From Nitrospirota bacterium (lineage in GTDB: Bacteria > Nitrospirota > Thermodesulfovibrionia > Thermodesulfovibrionales > JdFR-85), in assembly GCA_015492645.1 (NCBI GenBank), contig WGER01000052.1, positions 9,974 through 73,973 of the forward strand: a DNA stretch of 64,000 nucleotides, given 5' to 3'. Below, piece after piece: positions 47,108 to 56,648 of the stretch. The notes beneath the pieces were generated by a model. That model was not told the DNA's origin. It ran no database searches and saw nothing but the letters and a program-made list of their open reading frames with translations. Position 1 is the first letter of the stretch. The number at the start of each line of letters is the position of its first letter. Made by a program: the position numbers and the translations under genes.

Positions 47108-49006
47108 ATGGAGAAGTTCTATGTGACCACGCCGATTTACTATGTAAATGATCTGCCACACATTGGTCATGCCTATACAACAATCGCCGCAGATATACTT
47201 GCAAGGTTTAACAGGCTGATGGGCAGAAGGGTCTTCTTTCTCACCGGCACTGACGAACATGGCCAGAAGGTCCAGAAGGCTGCTGAAAGCAGGGGTCTTT
47301 CGCCAAAGGAGCATGCTGACAGGATGGTCCTCAACTTCAAAAGACTGTGGAAGACCTTAAACATCTCAAATGATGCCTTCATAAGGACCACCGATGAGGC
47401 ACATAAGGCAGTGGTACAGGAAGTCCTGCAGAAACTCTACGAAAAAGGAGAAATAGTTAAGAGACCCTATAAGGGGTGGTACTGTACACCTGATGAGAGA
47501 TTCTGGACCACCAAGGAATTAGAAGATGGCAAGTGTCCTGAATGTGGCAGACCTGTTGAGGAACTCGAGGAGGAGAACTACTTTTTTCTAATGTCCAGGT
47601 ATCAGGAGCCACTTATTGATTATATCAGGAAGAATCCCGAGTATATACTACCTGAGACGAGGAGGAATGAAGTACTCGGGTTTCTCACCTCAAGACCCCT
47701 CGGTGACCTTTGCATCTCGAGACCAAGGAAGAGACTGCCATGGGGTATACCTCTACCCTTTGATGATGGGTTTGTTACATACGTATGGTTTGATGCCCTG
47801 ATAAATTACTACTCAGCCACCCGATACCTGGCCCCTGACAGGGATGTACAGTGGTGGCCTGCTGACCACCATATCGTTGGTAAGGACATCCTCACCACTC
47901 ATGCGGTTTACTGGTCTACTATGCTGATGGCCTTAGATATGCCGCTACCGAGAAACATCTTTGCCCACGGGTGGTGGACGGTCGAAGGCAGGAAGATGTC
48001 GAAATCCTTCGGGAATGTGGTTGACCCTGAGAAGGTGGTTGAAGAGTATGGGGTTGACCCCTTCAGGTATTTTCTCTTTAGAGAGGTGCCCTTTGGCAGT
48101 GATGGGGATTTCTCCGAAAAGGCACTCGTGGGGAGGATAAACAGTGACCTTGCCAATGACCTCGGCAATCTTGTGAGCAGGACCCTCACAATGCTCCAGA
48201 GATACACAGACTCTGTTGTGCCTGAGCCATCGGGGGTAGAGGAAGAGGCGAAAAGGCTATCCGAGGGCATACTGCCGATGCTCCAGGAACACCTAAATAA
48301 ACTCTCCTTCCAGAGGGCGATTGATGAGATATGGAGACTGATTGACTATCTGAACAAATATATAGACACAAACCAGCCATGGGCATTAGCAAAGAGACCG
48401 GAAGACAGGGATAGACTTTCTACGGTCCTTTATACTGCGGTGGAAGGGCTCAGGTTTATAGCCATCTACCTCTGGCCTTTTATACCACAGACGGCCGAAA
48501 GGCTCTACAGGATGCTCGGATATGAGAGATTTGAGGCAACTCTCAGGGAAATGGCGCAATGGGGAGGTATGAGGCCAGGCACTAAGGTTTCAGGTCCAGA
48601 ACAACTCTTTCCAAGGATTGTTCCTAAGAGGGGTGAGGCCAAAGTTGAAAAGAGTGGAGAACGAAAAGAGGAGACAGGGGGTGAAGGGATTATAGAATTT
48701 GAGGATTTTTCAAAGGTGAAGATGAAGGTGGGCAGGGTGGTAGAGGCCGAAAGAGTGAAGGGCTCAAAGAAACTCCTCAGGTTGGTGGTTGATGTGGGGC
48801 AGAGGGTCCAGGTGGTGGCAGGAATAGGGACCACATATACACCTGAATCACTCATCGGCAAGGAGGTGGTTGTGGTGGTGAACCTCAGGCCTGTCACCCT
48901 CATGGGTGTTGAGTCTCAGGGGATGATACTGGCCACAGGACAGGACAGGGACATAGTGCTTATCACGCCTGAGAGGGATGTGCCTCCAGGCAGTACTGTC
49001 AGGTAG
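47108..49006 (+). CDS. metG: methionyl-tRNA synthetase with C-terminal tRNA-binding (Trbp111/EMAP-like) domain
   Basis: 632 aa. HIGH motif (DLPHIGHAYT), KMSKS (RKMSKSFGN), zinc knuckle CPECGRP, and a C-terminal OB-fold (...VGRVVEAERVKGSKKLLRLVVDVG...). Confidence 0.95.
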   Translation: MEKFYVTTPIYYVNDLPHIGHAYTTIAADILARFNRLMGRRVFFLTGTDEHGQKVQKAAESRGLSPKEHADRMVLNFKRLWKTLNISNDAFIRTTDEAHKAVVQEVLQKLYEKGEIVKRPYKGWYCTPDERFWTTKELEDGKCPECGRPVEELEEENYFFLMSRYQEPLIDYIRKNPEYILPETRRNEVLGFLTSRPLGDLCISRPRKRLPWGIPLPFDDGFVTYVWFDALINYYSATRYLAPDRDVQWWPADHHIVGKDILTTHAVYWSTMLMALDMPLPRNIFAHGWWTVEGRKMSKSFGNVVDPEKVVEEYGVDPFRYFLFREVPFGSDGDFSEKALVGRINSDLANDLGNLVSRTLTMLQRYTDSVVPEPSGVEEEAKRLSEGILPMLQEHLNKLSFQRAIDEIWRLIDYLNKYIDTNQPWALAKRPEDRDRLSTVLYTAVEGLRFIAIYLWPFIPQTAERLYRMLGYERFEATLREMAQWGGMRPGTKVSGPEQLFPRIVPKRGEAKVEKSGERKEETGGEGIIEFEDFSKVKMKVGRVVEAERVKGSKKLLRLVVDVGQRVQVVAGIGTTYTPESLIGKEVVVVVNLRPVTLMGVESQGMILATGQDRDIVLITPERDVPPGSTVR

Positions 49007-49011
49007 GCCTT

Positions 49012-49644
49012 TCACCGAGAGGTCATTATCTTGACCACTAAGGGGGGCAGTTCTATCTCTTCCTCTCTGTACTTAATTTTCAGGTTGATCCTTATTGCAG
49101 AGGGCAGGGTATCCCTCTCTTCAGATGACCAGGAACTCACCCATTCCCCCTCAGGCTCCTCTGATGTATCCAGATACTGGATACTCAATTCGGTGACATC
49201 CTTCAAGAGAGTATATTCATTTGCAGGCTCTCTGTCCTCTACATCTTCCAAGAAGAAGTAATTCTCTTTCACCATCAGTTTATCAGATTCGAGATACAAT
49301 CTCACCCACTTCATACCTGACTGTTCAAGAAGCGAGTCATCCTGTGTTATGGTACTTGTTGTAACAAACTCCACGCCCTCACTGGTTCCATTGAAGTACA
49401 ATTCGGAACCTGAAGGAGACCGCCTCCTGAAGGGATATATCCCCTTCAGGAGCCATCTCAACTTCTCTGAGGTCGTCCGGTAAATCATCGCCCTTTCCGT
49501 CCTTTCACTGGCCTTCTCCTCTGAACGATAACCGAGCAACATGGCACCTCCAATTATGAGAAGCAACAATGCACCGATGCTGAGGGATATAATTAACTCA
49601 ACTAAAGTGAAACCTGTTTCACCTCTTCTCATTAAAAACCACAC
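49012..49644 (-). CDS. type II secretion/type IV pilus-like minor pseudopilin (GspJ-like)
   Basis: Prepilin-type N-terminus ...RRGETGFTLVELIISLSIGALLLL. The probable start is the fifth-codon ATG (49632). Assignment as GspJ-like rests on position and size. Confidence 0.55.
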   Translation of the reverse strand: MWFLMRRGETGFTLVELIISLSIGALLLLIIGGAMLLGYRSEEKASERTERAMIYRTTSEKLRWLLKGIYPFRRRSPSGSELYFNGTSEGVEFVTTSTITQDDSLLEQSGMKWVRLYLESDKLMVKENYFFLEDVEDREPANEYTLLKDVTELSIQYLDTSEEPEGEWVSSWSSEERDTLPSAIRINLKIKYREEEIELPPLVVKIMTSR

Positions 49645-50029
49645 GGGTCGACTGCAGGGTAAGCAGTCCCCCTGGAGGCCATCTTACTCGGATCTTTGTC
49701 TCGTACTCCTTAAAGGGTGTGGGCTCCTCCTGAGGGATCTCAATAATTGTCCTTGTGGCCACTATCTCCTGATACTGGAAGGTCCTCTCCCCCTCCTCGA
49801 GGTCCTTCATCCCGTAGACCTCATCAAGCATGGACTCGGCAATTATAAGGGCCTCTGAATAGTATTCGCTCTTTTTAACTCCCCTCATCCCCATTGAAAA
49901 GAGTTGAAAGAGAGATACCACCGTCAGCCCCAGGATGGCAAGGGCCACGGTGACCTCAAGAAGACTGAACCCCCCTTCAGCGGGTCCCGAGGCGGATCTC
50001 ACCTGTGGTTGGCTCAAGCAGTATCTCAT
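49619..50029 (-). CDS. minor pseudopilin (GspI-like)
   Basis: Prepilin-type N-terminus ...GGFSLLEVTVALAILGL; about 120 aa mature. The start is uncertain because it overlaps the upstream gene. Confidence 0.55.
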   Translation of the reverse strand: MRYCLSQPQVRSASGPAEGGFSLLEVTVALAILGLTVVSLFQLFSMGMRGVKKSEYYSEALIIAESMLDEVYGMKDLEEGERTFQYQEIVATRTIIEIPQEEPTPFKEYETKIRVRWPPGGLLTLQSTRVVFNEKR

Positions 50030-50465
50030 AGGCTCGACCTTCCATGTCCATTAAAAGGACCCTTCCTCCAGTGGAGTTGCCAAAGGGGAAAAAGGTGACC
50101 TCCTCTGCCTCTAAGGTAAAGCCTTCAGGGAGAGAGTATGAAGCAATGGTGGTTCCTGTAACATCTGTCAGGTTGAACCCAGAGTGGTCTTCCAGGGGTT
50201 CAAACCTGACGGGTCTCTTCTCCATCACAGAGACCTCTCTGGCATGCCTCAGGAGAAGAAATGTCTCTCTTGCCGCCCTTCTGAGCACTGTCTTTTTATT
50301 GGCAACCCCTATTGAGATAACAACAACTGAGGACGCCACCGAGATGATCAGCAGTACTATAAGGAGTTCTATGAGGGTAAAGCCCCTACTGCTCCCAACT
50401 CGTGATGTCTCTATCCTCACCTTCACCACCTGGGGCACCATCCCTGCCATAGGAGAAGAGATCAT
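49977..50465 (-). CDS. minor pseudopilin (GspH-like)
   Basis: Prepilin-type N-terminus ...SSRGFTLIELLIVLLIISV. The real start is probably an internal GTG (about 50426/50420), given the overlap with gspG. Confidence 0.55.
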   Translation of the reverse strand: MISSPMAGMVPQVVKVRIETSRVGSSRGFTLIELLIVLLIISVASSVVVISIGVANKKTVLRRAARETFLLLRHAREVSVMEKRPVRFEPLEDHSGFNLTDVTGTTIASYSLPEGFTLEAEEVTFFPFGNSTGGRVLLMDMEGRAYEILLEPTTGEIRLGTR

Positions 50466-50811
50466 ACTCCCCGTGGGTGCCGGGAGATTGGTATTGATAT
50501 TCCCTCCCCCAGGGGTCCTTGGGTATCACCTTCTTCTTTAAGTAGGGGCCATCCCAGCCCTCTATGCCAGGGTCCTCAATCAGTGCCCTGAGCCCTTCTG
50601 ATGTGGTTGGATACCTCCCAACATCGAGCCTGAACTGATCAAGGGCCTCCTCAATAAGGGCTATCTGGGTCTTTGCTGCAGCCTGTTTCCCCTTACCGAG
50701 TTTCGGAAAGAGTTTTGGGCCCACCAGTGCTGCAAGCATACCCAGAATCACCATGACCACGAGGAGTTCAATCAATGTGAATCCTCTACGATCGACTGTC
50801 CTTTCCAGCAT
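50386..50811 (-). CDS. gspG: type II secretion system major pseudopilin GspG
   Basis: 141 aa. RRGFTLIELLVVMVILGMLAALV..., the conserved ...GRYPTTSEGLRALI... and ...DPWGREYQY...DLFSYGRDG... regions. Confidence 0.85.
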   Translation of the reverse strand: MLERTVDRRGFTLIELLVVMVILGMLAALVGPKLFPKLGKGKQAAAKTQIALIEEALDQFRLDVGRYPTTSEGLRALIEDPGIEGWDGPYLKKKVIPKDPWGREYQYQSPGTHGEYDLFSYGRDGAPGGEGEDRDITSWEQ

Positions 50812-50832
50812 CTGTCCTCCTTTCTGTGTGTC

Positions 50833-50923
50833 TGGCGGAGGGGGTGGGATTCGAACCCACGGTGGGGAGTTACCCCACAGCGATTTTCAAGACCGCCGCC
50901 TTAAACCACTCGGCCACCCCTCC
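50833..50923 (-). tRNA. tRNA-Ser (anticodon UGA), CCA encoded
   Basis: Hand-folded, 91 nt. Acceptor GGAGGGG/CCCCUCC. Anticodon stem GCGGU/AUCGC with loop CU-UGA-AA. Long variable arm UGUGGGGUAACUCCCCACC. T arm GUGGG-UUCGAAU-CCCAC. Discriminator G followed by CCA. Confidence 0.95.
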
Positions 50924-50925
50924 AC

Positions 50926-51888
50926 TTATTTTATTATAACCTTTTGCTCCTCCTCTTTTAACTCTATCTCAAACTTCAGATGGGTCTTGCCTCCCCTTCC
51001 ATCGTCTACCTCCACCTCAACCGGATATATACCAGGAGCAATATCTTTCACATTCCAGGAGATATTTCCGGAGTCGTCAACAGACATACCCTCTGGGGCC
51101 TTTTTCAGTATAAACCTTATAGGGTCTCCATCGGGGTCCTCTGCAGTTATATGGCCTTTAATGGTATCTTCCTGCAGTGAAAGGTTTATGTCCGGTTCCA
51201 CAATGGGTGGAGAGTTTATTATTGTAATTGTTCTGGTTATGGAAGGGCCTGTCTCCTCACCATCGGAAGGGACCACCTTCAGTGTAACCCTGTCTCCCCC
51301 CTTTAAAGAGGCTGTTAAAGTTGGGAAGGGGTTGTCAATCTTTTTACCATTAATCATCCATTCATACTGGAATATCACCGGATCCCCATCAGGGTCCTCT
51401 CCCTCCACCTCAGCCTCCACGGTTGTCTCGGTACCTGTCATTTCTGTGATTGCGAGAGTCAGAGTCTTTACCGAGGGAGGGGAGTTCTCTATTAATGCCT
51501 CTGTGGTCTCCACCTTCCTGTCACCACTAATGATGACCGCCTTTACAACATCACCCTTTGACAGTTCTGCAGTCTCTAAGAAGGGGACCTTGGTACTTCT
51601 GTAGGGGCTTCCGTTCACATACCATTGATATGTGACAGGTCCCCCAATTGATGGATAAACCGTGAGTTTTGTCCCTTTACTTGCCCTCTCCGGGAGGAGT
51701 CTGAAGGAGATTTCCTCTATCCTGCTGGTGGCATCCGCCACCATCTCTTCATCCTCACTTACTGAAGGCTCTTTAGATTGAATCCCAGGACCTCTCTGGT
51801 CCTCTGGAGACTCCTGTCTCCCTTTGCATCCCCAGGGCATTGTAATTAAAACCAGAAGAAGGGCCGTAACAACTCTTAAAGTTACCAT
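50926..51888 (-). CDS. lipoprotein with tandem Ig-like (cadherin-like/He_PIG-type) domains
   Basis: The start is placed at ATG 51888 (MVTLRVVTALLLVLITMPWGC, containing a lipobox). Repeated modules carry (E/A)EDPDGDP...(F/Y)...W motifs and NSPP(S/I)V linkers. The stop lies 2 nt from tRNA-Ser. Confidence 0.6.
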   Translation of the reverse strand: MVTLRVVTALLLVLITMPWGCKGRQESPEDQRGPGIQSKEPSVSEDEEMVADATSRIEEISFRLLPERASKGTKLTVYPSIGGPVTYQWYVNGSPYRSTKVPFLETAELSKGDVVKAVIISGDRKVETTEALIENSPPSVKTLTLAITEMTGTETTVEAEVEGEDPDGDPVIFQYEWMINGKKIDNPFPTLTASLKGGDRVTLKVVPSDGEETGPSITRTITIINSPPIVEPDINLSLQEDTIKGHITAEDPDGDPIRFILKKAPEGMSVDDSGNISWNVKDIAPGIYPVEVEVDDGRGGKTHLKFEIELKEEEQKVIIK

Positions 51889-51974
51889 CACAGGATCTCT
51901 CCTTTCCCTAAATGGCACCACAAGACCGTGTTTTGGTCTGAAATCGTACACAGTAATTTTATATAATTGCAACT

Positions 51975-53516
51975 ATGTCTGCCAAGGGTATAGGAAGGGC
52001 TGTAAGGGCCTTCTCCTCCGCCACCCTTTTGAGTAGGATACTGGGGTTCCTGAGGGATATGGTAATAGCCAACTTTCTGGGAGCAACAGGATTCTCTGAC
52101 GCCTTCTTTGTTGCCTTCAGGATACCCAATCTCCTGAGGGAACTATTTGCTGAAGGCTCCATATCCTCTGCATTCGTACCAGTCCTGTCAGAAGTGAGGG
52201 TCCTTCATGGAGACGAAGGCTCCAGAAGGATTGCATCAAGGATATTCACCTTTCTTCTTCTGTCAGTCACAGGGGTGGTCTTGCTCGGTGAAATCTTCAC
52301 CCCCCTTATAGTGAAGACGATAGCACCCGGCTTTGAAGAGGAGAGGTTTTCCATTACTGTAAACCTCGCAAGGGTGATGTTGCCATTTTTGCTGTTTGTC
52401 TCTCTGGCAGCCTTTGTGATGGGTGCACTGAATGTACGGAGGGTCTTCTTTGTCCCCGCCCTCTCCTCTGCTTGGTTTAATGTCACGGTTATATCCACAT
52501 TGATCATCCTTTTCTATTTTGGCATTAGTCCACTTATCGCTGCTGCAGTGGGTGTAACCCTCGGAGGTCTCATGCAGTTTCTCACGCAGGTTCCATCCTA
52601 TCTCAGAGAGGGTTATTCCTTCAGATTGGAACTAAACCTTCGTGATCCCTGGCTCCGGAAGATGTTGAAACTGCTGGGTCCGGTGGTCCTTGGTCTTGCA
52701 GTCTCCCAACTCAATATCTTTATCGGTACCATTGTTGCATCCTTTCTGCCTCATGGAAGTGTCACCTATCTATACTATGCGATGAGACTCATTCAGTTGC
52801 CAGTAGGTGTCTTTGGTGTGGCAATGGCAATGGCAGTGCTGCCAGGTCTTTCAGAACAGGCCTCCAGAGGGGACAGACAGTCTCTGATAGAGGACTTTTC
52901 CTATGCCCTGAGGGTCCTTTTCACCATCACGGTGCCTGCCAGCGTCGGGTTGTTAGTCCTGAGGGTCCCCATAATCGGGGTGCTCTTTCAAAGGGGAGAG
53001 TTTGACAGGGCGGCCACAGAGGGCACCGCCTTTGCCCTCCTGTTCTATAGTCTCGGGATATGTGCAATAGTTGGTGTGAGGCTCACTGCCTCTGTGTTCT
53101 ACGCGATGCAGGATACAAAGACACCTGTGAAGACAGCCTCTCTGTCGCTTATCTTAAACCTGCTGTTAAGTGTTCTGCTTATGAGGTACCTCGGCCATGG
53201 AGGTATCGCCCTTGCTATGGCGGTCTCCTCATGGATAAACTTCTCTATGCTCATTCTGCTGTTGAGGAGGAGGCTTGAAAGGATAGATGGCAGAAGGATT
53301 GTCATGACGGTGATGAAGGTTCTGGTCGCCTCATCGCTGATGTCAATCTTCTGTTTTGCAGGTGCAGGGATTGAGGCCTTCAACACTGGACGGTTTCTAT
53401 TGAGGGCGATTCTTCTTATTGGTCTCATAGGGGGTGCTGTGATTGTCTATTTATCAACTGCCCTTGTTCTCCGTGTGCAGGAGGCGAAGGAGATCCTGAA
53501 CTGGTTCAGGAGATAG
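51975..53516 (+). CDS. murJ: lipid II flippase MurJ
   Basis: 513 aa, about 14 TM. N-terminus ...TLLSRILGFLRDMVIANFLGATGFSDAFFVAFRIPNLLRELFAEGSISSAFVPV... Confidence 0.9.
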   Translation: MSAKGIGRAVRAFSSATLLSRILGFLRDMVIANFLGATGFSDAFFVAFRIPNLLRELFAEGSISSAFVPVLSEVRVLHGDEGSRRIASRIFTFLLLSVTGVVLLGEIFTPLIVKTIAPGFEEERFSITVNLARVMLPFLLFVSLAAFVMGALNVRRVFFVPALSSAWFNVTVISTLIILFYFGISPLIAAAVGVTLGGLMQFLTQVPSYLREGYSFRLELNLRDPWLRKMLKLLGPVVLGLAVSQLNIFIGTIVASFLPHGSVTYLYYAMRLIQLPVGVFGVAMAMAVLPGLSEQASRGDRQSLIEDFSYALRVLFTITVPASVGLLVLRVPIIGVLFQRGEFDRAATEGTAFALLFYSLGICAIVGVRLTASVFYAMQDTKTPVKTASLSLILNLLLSVLLMRYLGHGGIALAMAVSSWINFSMLILLLRRRLERIDGRRIVMTVMKVLVASSLMSIFCFAGAGIEAFNTGRFLLRAILLIGLIGGAVIVYLSTALVLRVQEAKEILNWFRR

Positions 53517-55530
53517 GGGTACATATATCTTCAGAAAGCACTATCCTGTCCCTACCCCTTTCTTTAGCCGTATAAAGGGCCTCGTCTGCCCTCTCTATCA
53601 GGGCATCCTTTGTTGTAGCATCATGAGGGTAAGTGGCCACACCGATGCTGACCGTGATGTGAAACTCCATACCCTGGGCTGAGAACTTCTCTGCCTTTAT
53701 CCTTTTCCTGAGCCTACTGGCAGTTCTGTAGGCCTCCTTGGAGGATGCTCCGATCAGGATAATACCGAACTCTTCTCCTCCGTACCTGGCCGGTATATCG
53801 ACCTCTCTTACAGTTGATCTGATGAGAGAGGCCACTCTCTTCAAGACGAGATCACCCACTGGATGTCCATAGGTATCATTTATCTTTTTGAAGTGATCTA
53901 TGTCCAACAGTAATAGGGCAAGCCTTTCACCAAACCTTGATGCCCTCTTTACATTTTCTTCCAGCCTCTCCTGGAAGTGGCGGTGATTGAATAGTCCAGT
54001 GAGGCCATCGGTCAGCGCTCTCTTTTTCATCTGTTCATGGAGCATCGACCTCGATATGCTCTCGGAGGCGTGATTTGCAAAGACCTCAACGAGACTCACC
54101 TGATAGGGGCTGAAGGCAGAGGGTCTCTCAGAATATACGATCGCAAACCCCTCAATCCTGGAGCCCTGTATGAAGGGAAAACAGATCAAACTTCTTACAC
54201 CCTGCAGGGGAAGTCCTGTGAAGGGCCTTTTAAAGTCCCGTAGATCTTCAAAATACAGGGGACCTCTGTTTGATTTGGCTATCTCAAGCAATGCGTCCTT
54301 GTGGATCTCCCATTTTTCGGATTCCTTTACCCCAAAGACCCTGTAATGCCTTCCCTCTCTCAATAAGAGTAGGGCATTCCCACCAGACAGCCTCTCAATA
54401 CTCTGGATCACCCTCTGGATGACATCACCCAGTTCAAGTGTCTGGACGAGTTTCGTGCTCTCCTCGTGTAATGCACGCAATCCCCTCTGGCTGAGACTCA
54501 TCTCTGCAAGCACCCTCTCTCTCCTTATCACAAGGCCTATCTGTGAGGCGACCCTTTCTGCAACCCCCAGGTCCTGCTGATCAAAGGCCCTAAAACGGCA
54601 ACTCTCCGCCACGAGTAGCCCCAGGCAAAAACTGTCATCTATTACGGGACAGAGGAGTATACTTGATGCCCTGTCCAGGGGAGTAAATCCGAGCCCCGCT
54701 CTGGAGATCTTACTGTCAAGGTTCAGTATTCTCGGTCTCTTCTCCTCATACACATCTTTCAGTATGCCCTCAGGGGAGTCGACCTTCTGGATCAAGACAG
54801 ACCCTGAATCGGCCTCCCCATCTCCGGTCAGGGGTTCCACTTCCCAGGGTACAAAGAGCCTGACCATATCTGCAACAAGTGCCTCTTCCAGGATTCTCAG
54901 CAGGTTCTTTATCTCCCTCAGTATCTGATTCTTATATTCCATGTAGCCGCCTATAATAACTTCTTCAGATATTCGGTCATGAGAGAGTTCTTCGGCCTGT
55001 CTTTTAAGCCCTTCATACAGAGACCTGAACCGACTTACGGCCCTCTCTCTATTGTAGAGATAGATGTAGGGTATAGCAGTACTGATATATATAATGAATA
55101 AAAATAGCGGCCCTCTTATACCTTTCCATGGAAAGAACTCCCCCAGGTGCAGAGGCAACTGTAATAAGAGGAGCAGAACTATCCCTTTTATTGAGTATTT
55201 TGGCAAAAGGGATATCAATAGCGGGATCTCTGCTACATGGATGAGACCCTCACCTGTTGATAAATAAAGGGCCTCCATAGCCACCTGGCAGAGGAGTACC
55301 CCGAAGGCCGGGTCCTTGTAGAACCTTCGGAAATAGGAATAGGAGGTACCAACCAGATTGGCTATCAATAGTGTTAAGAAGAGATATGTCTTCCAGCCTG
55401 TTAAACCGATATAGAGGAGTGCAACCAGACAGCCAAGCAGCAGATAGAAGGAGAGATGTATCAGGTGCTGACCAAGCCCCTCCTTTTTTCTTCCTCTTCT
55501 TTGAAGAATTTCCTGTAGAGTACCTCCCAC
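53506..55530 (-). CDS. membrane-anchored GAF-domain diguanylate cyclase (GGDEF)
   Basis: 674 aa. N-terminal hydrophobic helices, central GAF-like regions, and a C-terminal GGDEF domain (RYGGEEFGIIL). GTG start; its 5' 70 nt overlap the upstream DUF507 gene, so the start is uncertain. Confidence 0.85.
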   Translation of the reverse strand: MGGTLQEILQRRGRKKEGLGQHLIHLSFYLLLGCLVALLYIGLTGWKTYLFLTLLIANLVGTSYSYFRRFYKDPAFGVLLCQVAMEALYLSTGEGLIHVAEIPLLISLLPKYSIKGIVLLLLLQLPLHLGEFFPWKGIRGPLFLFIIYISTAIPYIYLYNRERAVSRFRSLYEGLKRQAEELSHDRISEEVIIGGYMEYKNQILREIKNLLRILEEALVADMVRLFVPWEVEPLTGDGEADSGSVLIQKVDSPEGILKDVYEEKRPRILNLDSKISRAGLGFTPLDRASSILLCPVIDDSFCLGLLVAESCRFRAFDQQDLGVAERVASQIGLVIRRERVLAEMSLSQRGLRALHEESTKLVQTLELGDVIQRVIQSIERLSGGNALLLLREGRHYRVFGVKESEKWEIHKDALLEIAKSNRGPLYFEDLRDFKRPFTGLPLQGVRSLICFPFIQGSRIEGFAIVYSERPSAFSPYQVSLVEVFANHASESISRSMLHEQMKKRALTDGLTGLFNHRHFQERLEENVKRASRFGERLALLLLDIDHFKKINDTYGHPVGDLVLKRVASLIRSTVREVDIPARYGGEEFGIILIGASSKEAYRTASRLRKRIKAEKFSAQGMEFHITVSIGVATYPHDATTKDALIERADEALYTAKERGRDRIVLSEDICTPIS

Positions 55531-55748
55531 TCCTGTGAACCTTCCACAATCTTTTTTGAATAAGAAAGCAGTTTATTCCTCACAATTTCATCGATCTCAT
55601 CGGCAAATTTGAGTTCCTCAATAATAGACCTCCGAATCTGTTTTCTGATCTTTCCCTCGTCCTCAAGGCATTCAATTATCCCTCTCTCTTTCAGTCCTTT
55701 AAGGACCATATGGCTCATATGGGTTATCTTTTCATCTGTGAGTCTCAT
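55461..55748 (-). CDS. DUF507-family protein
   Basis: 95 aa; paralogous in pattern to the adjacent gene (...KGLKERGIIE...IIEELKFADEIDEIVRNKL...). Confidence 0.6.
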   Translation of the reverse strand: MRLTDEKITHMSHMVLKGLKERGIIECLEDEGKIRKQIRRSIIEELKFADEIDEIVRNKLLSYSKKIVEGSQEWEVLYRKFFKEEEEKRRGLVST

Positions 55749-56026
55749 AGGATTAGATTCCTCTCTCTTACCAGTTTCTGCTTCGTCATCTCAAAGAGTT
55801 TTCTATAATCGAGCCGTTTTGCCTCGATCTCTGCCTCATATTGCTTCAGTATCTCTCTTACCTCTTCGTTCAATCTGTCTTCAACCGTTAATTCTTCAAG
55901 TAGTAATTGATGGGTTACCTCAATCAGTTCCTCCTCCTTCACCCTGCTTTTTATATAGCCCTTCTGCAAGAGGTCATTGATTATCCTCTTTGCCATGGGC
56001 ATAACCCATGACTTCGGGATCCTCAT
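55745..56026 (-). CDS. DUF507-family protein
   Basis: 93 aa; ...LLQKGYIKS...LLLEELTVEDRLNEEVREILKQY... 4-nt overlap with the downstream paralogue. Confidence 0.6.
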   Translation of the reverse strand: MRIPKSWVMPMAKRIINDLLQKGYIKSRVKEEELIEVTHQLLLEELTVEDRLNEEVREILKQYEAEIEAKRLDYRKLFEMTKQKLVRERNLIL

Positions 56027-56027
56027 C

Positions 56028-56246
56028 CTATTTCTCCATAAATGGGAGGAGTGCTATGTTTCTTGCCCTCTTTATTGCGGTAGTAAGTTGGTGCTGATGT
56101 TTGTGGCATGTGCCTGTAATCCTCCTGGGAAGTATCTTTCCCCTCTCTGTCATATATGACCTCAGCATCTGGTAGTCTTTATAATCGATGTATCGGACCT
56201 TCTCAGCACAAAACTTACAGTATTTTCTCTGGAATCTCCTTATCAT
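56028..56246 (-). CDS. rpsR: 30S ribosomal protein S18
   Basis: 72 aa; ...[60 protein letters not shown]. Confidence 0.95.
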   Translation of the reverse strand: MIRRFQRKYCKFCAEKVRYIDYKDYQMLRSYMTERGKILPRRITGTCHKHQHQLTTAIKRARNIALLPFMEK

Positions 56247-56258
56247 CTCTTCCTCCTT

Positions 56259-56648
56259 TTAAAATGGTTCAAGGTCTGTTATCTCTTCAGGTGGTTCTAT
56301 ATCCTGAACTGCCTCTGAAGAGGCATCTTCTCTTCTTGGTAGAAATCTGACGGTGCTGGCTATCACCTCAAACTTGCTCCTCTGCTGTCCCTCGTATTCC
56401 CATCTTCTCTCCCTGAGTCTCCCTTCCACGAGCACTCCTCGCCCCTTTGATAGGTACTGTGTAACCGTTTCTGCCTGTCTCCCGAACACTATAGTATCAA
56501 TAAACAGTGTCTCATCACGAAATTCTTCACCCTGTTTGACTCTTGAATTCACTGCAATCCTCATTGTGGCAACAGGTGTGCCCTGGGGTGAATATCTCAA
56601 CTCAGGGTCCTTCGTAAGGTTGCCCACCAAGATAATCCTGTTAAACAT
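56259..56648 (-). CDS. ssb: single-stranded DNA-binding protein
   Basis: 129 aa. OB-fold N-terminus MFNRIILVGNLTKDPELRY and acidic tip ...DLEPF. Confidence 0.9.
   Translation of the reverse strand: MFNRIILVGNLTKDPELRYSPQGTPVATMRIAVNSRVKQGEEFRDETLFIDTIVFGRQAETVTQYLSKGRGVLVEGRLRERRWEYEGQQRSKFEVIASTVRFLPRREDASSEAVQDIEPPEEITDLEPF

Noticed and set aside
50833-50923. Could the long-arm tRNA be tRNA-Sec (selC), given the Sec candidate in the window?
   Set aside because: The anticodon is UGA (reads UCN Ser codons), not UCA. The acceptor stem is 7 bp with normal tRNA-Ser architecture.
50753-51604. 283-aa plus-strand ORF spanning the gspG start, tRNA-Ser and the lipoprotein gene
   Set aside because: It reads straight through a tRNA gene and runs antisense to a lipoprotein CDS that has a clear signal peptide. 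It is not credible as coding.
55461-55530. 70-nt same-strand overlap between the DUF507 gene and the GGDEF gene as a functional overlap
   Set aside because: It is more likely a start-codon assignment problem: the GGDEF start is a GTG and no better-supported alternative is visible. There is not enough evidence to call it biology.
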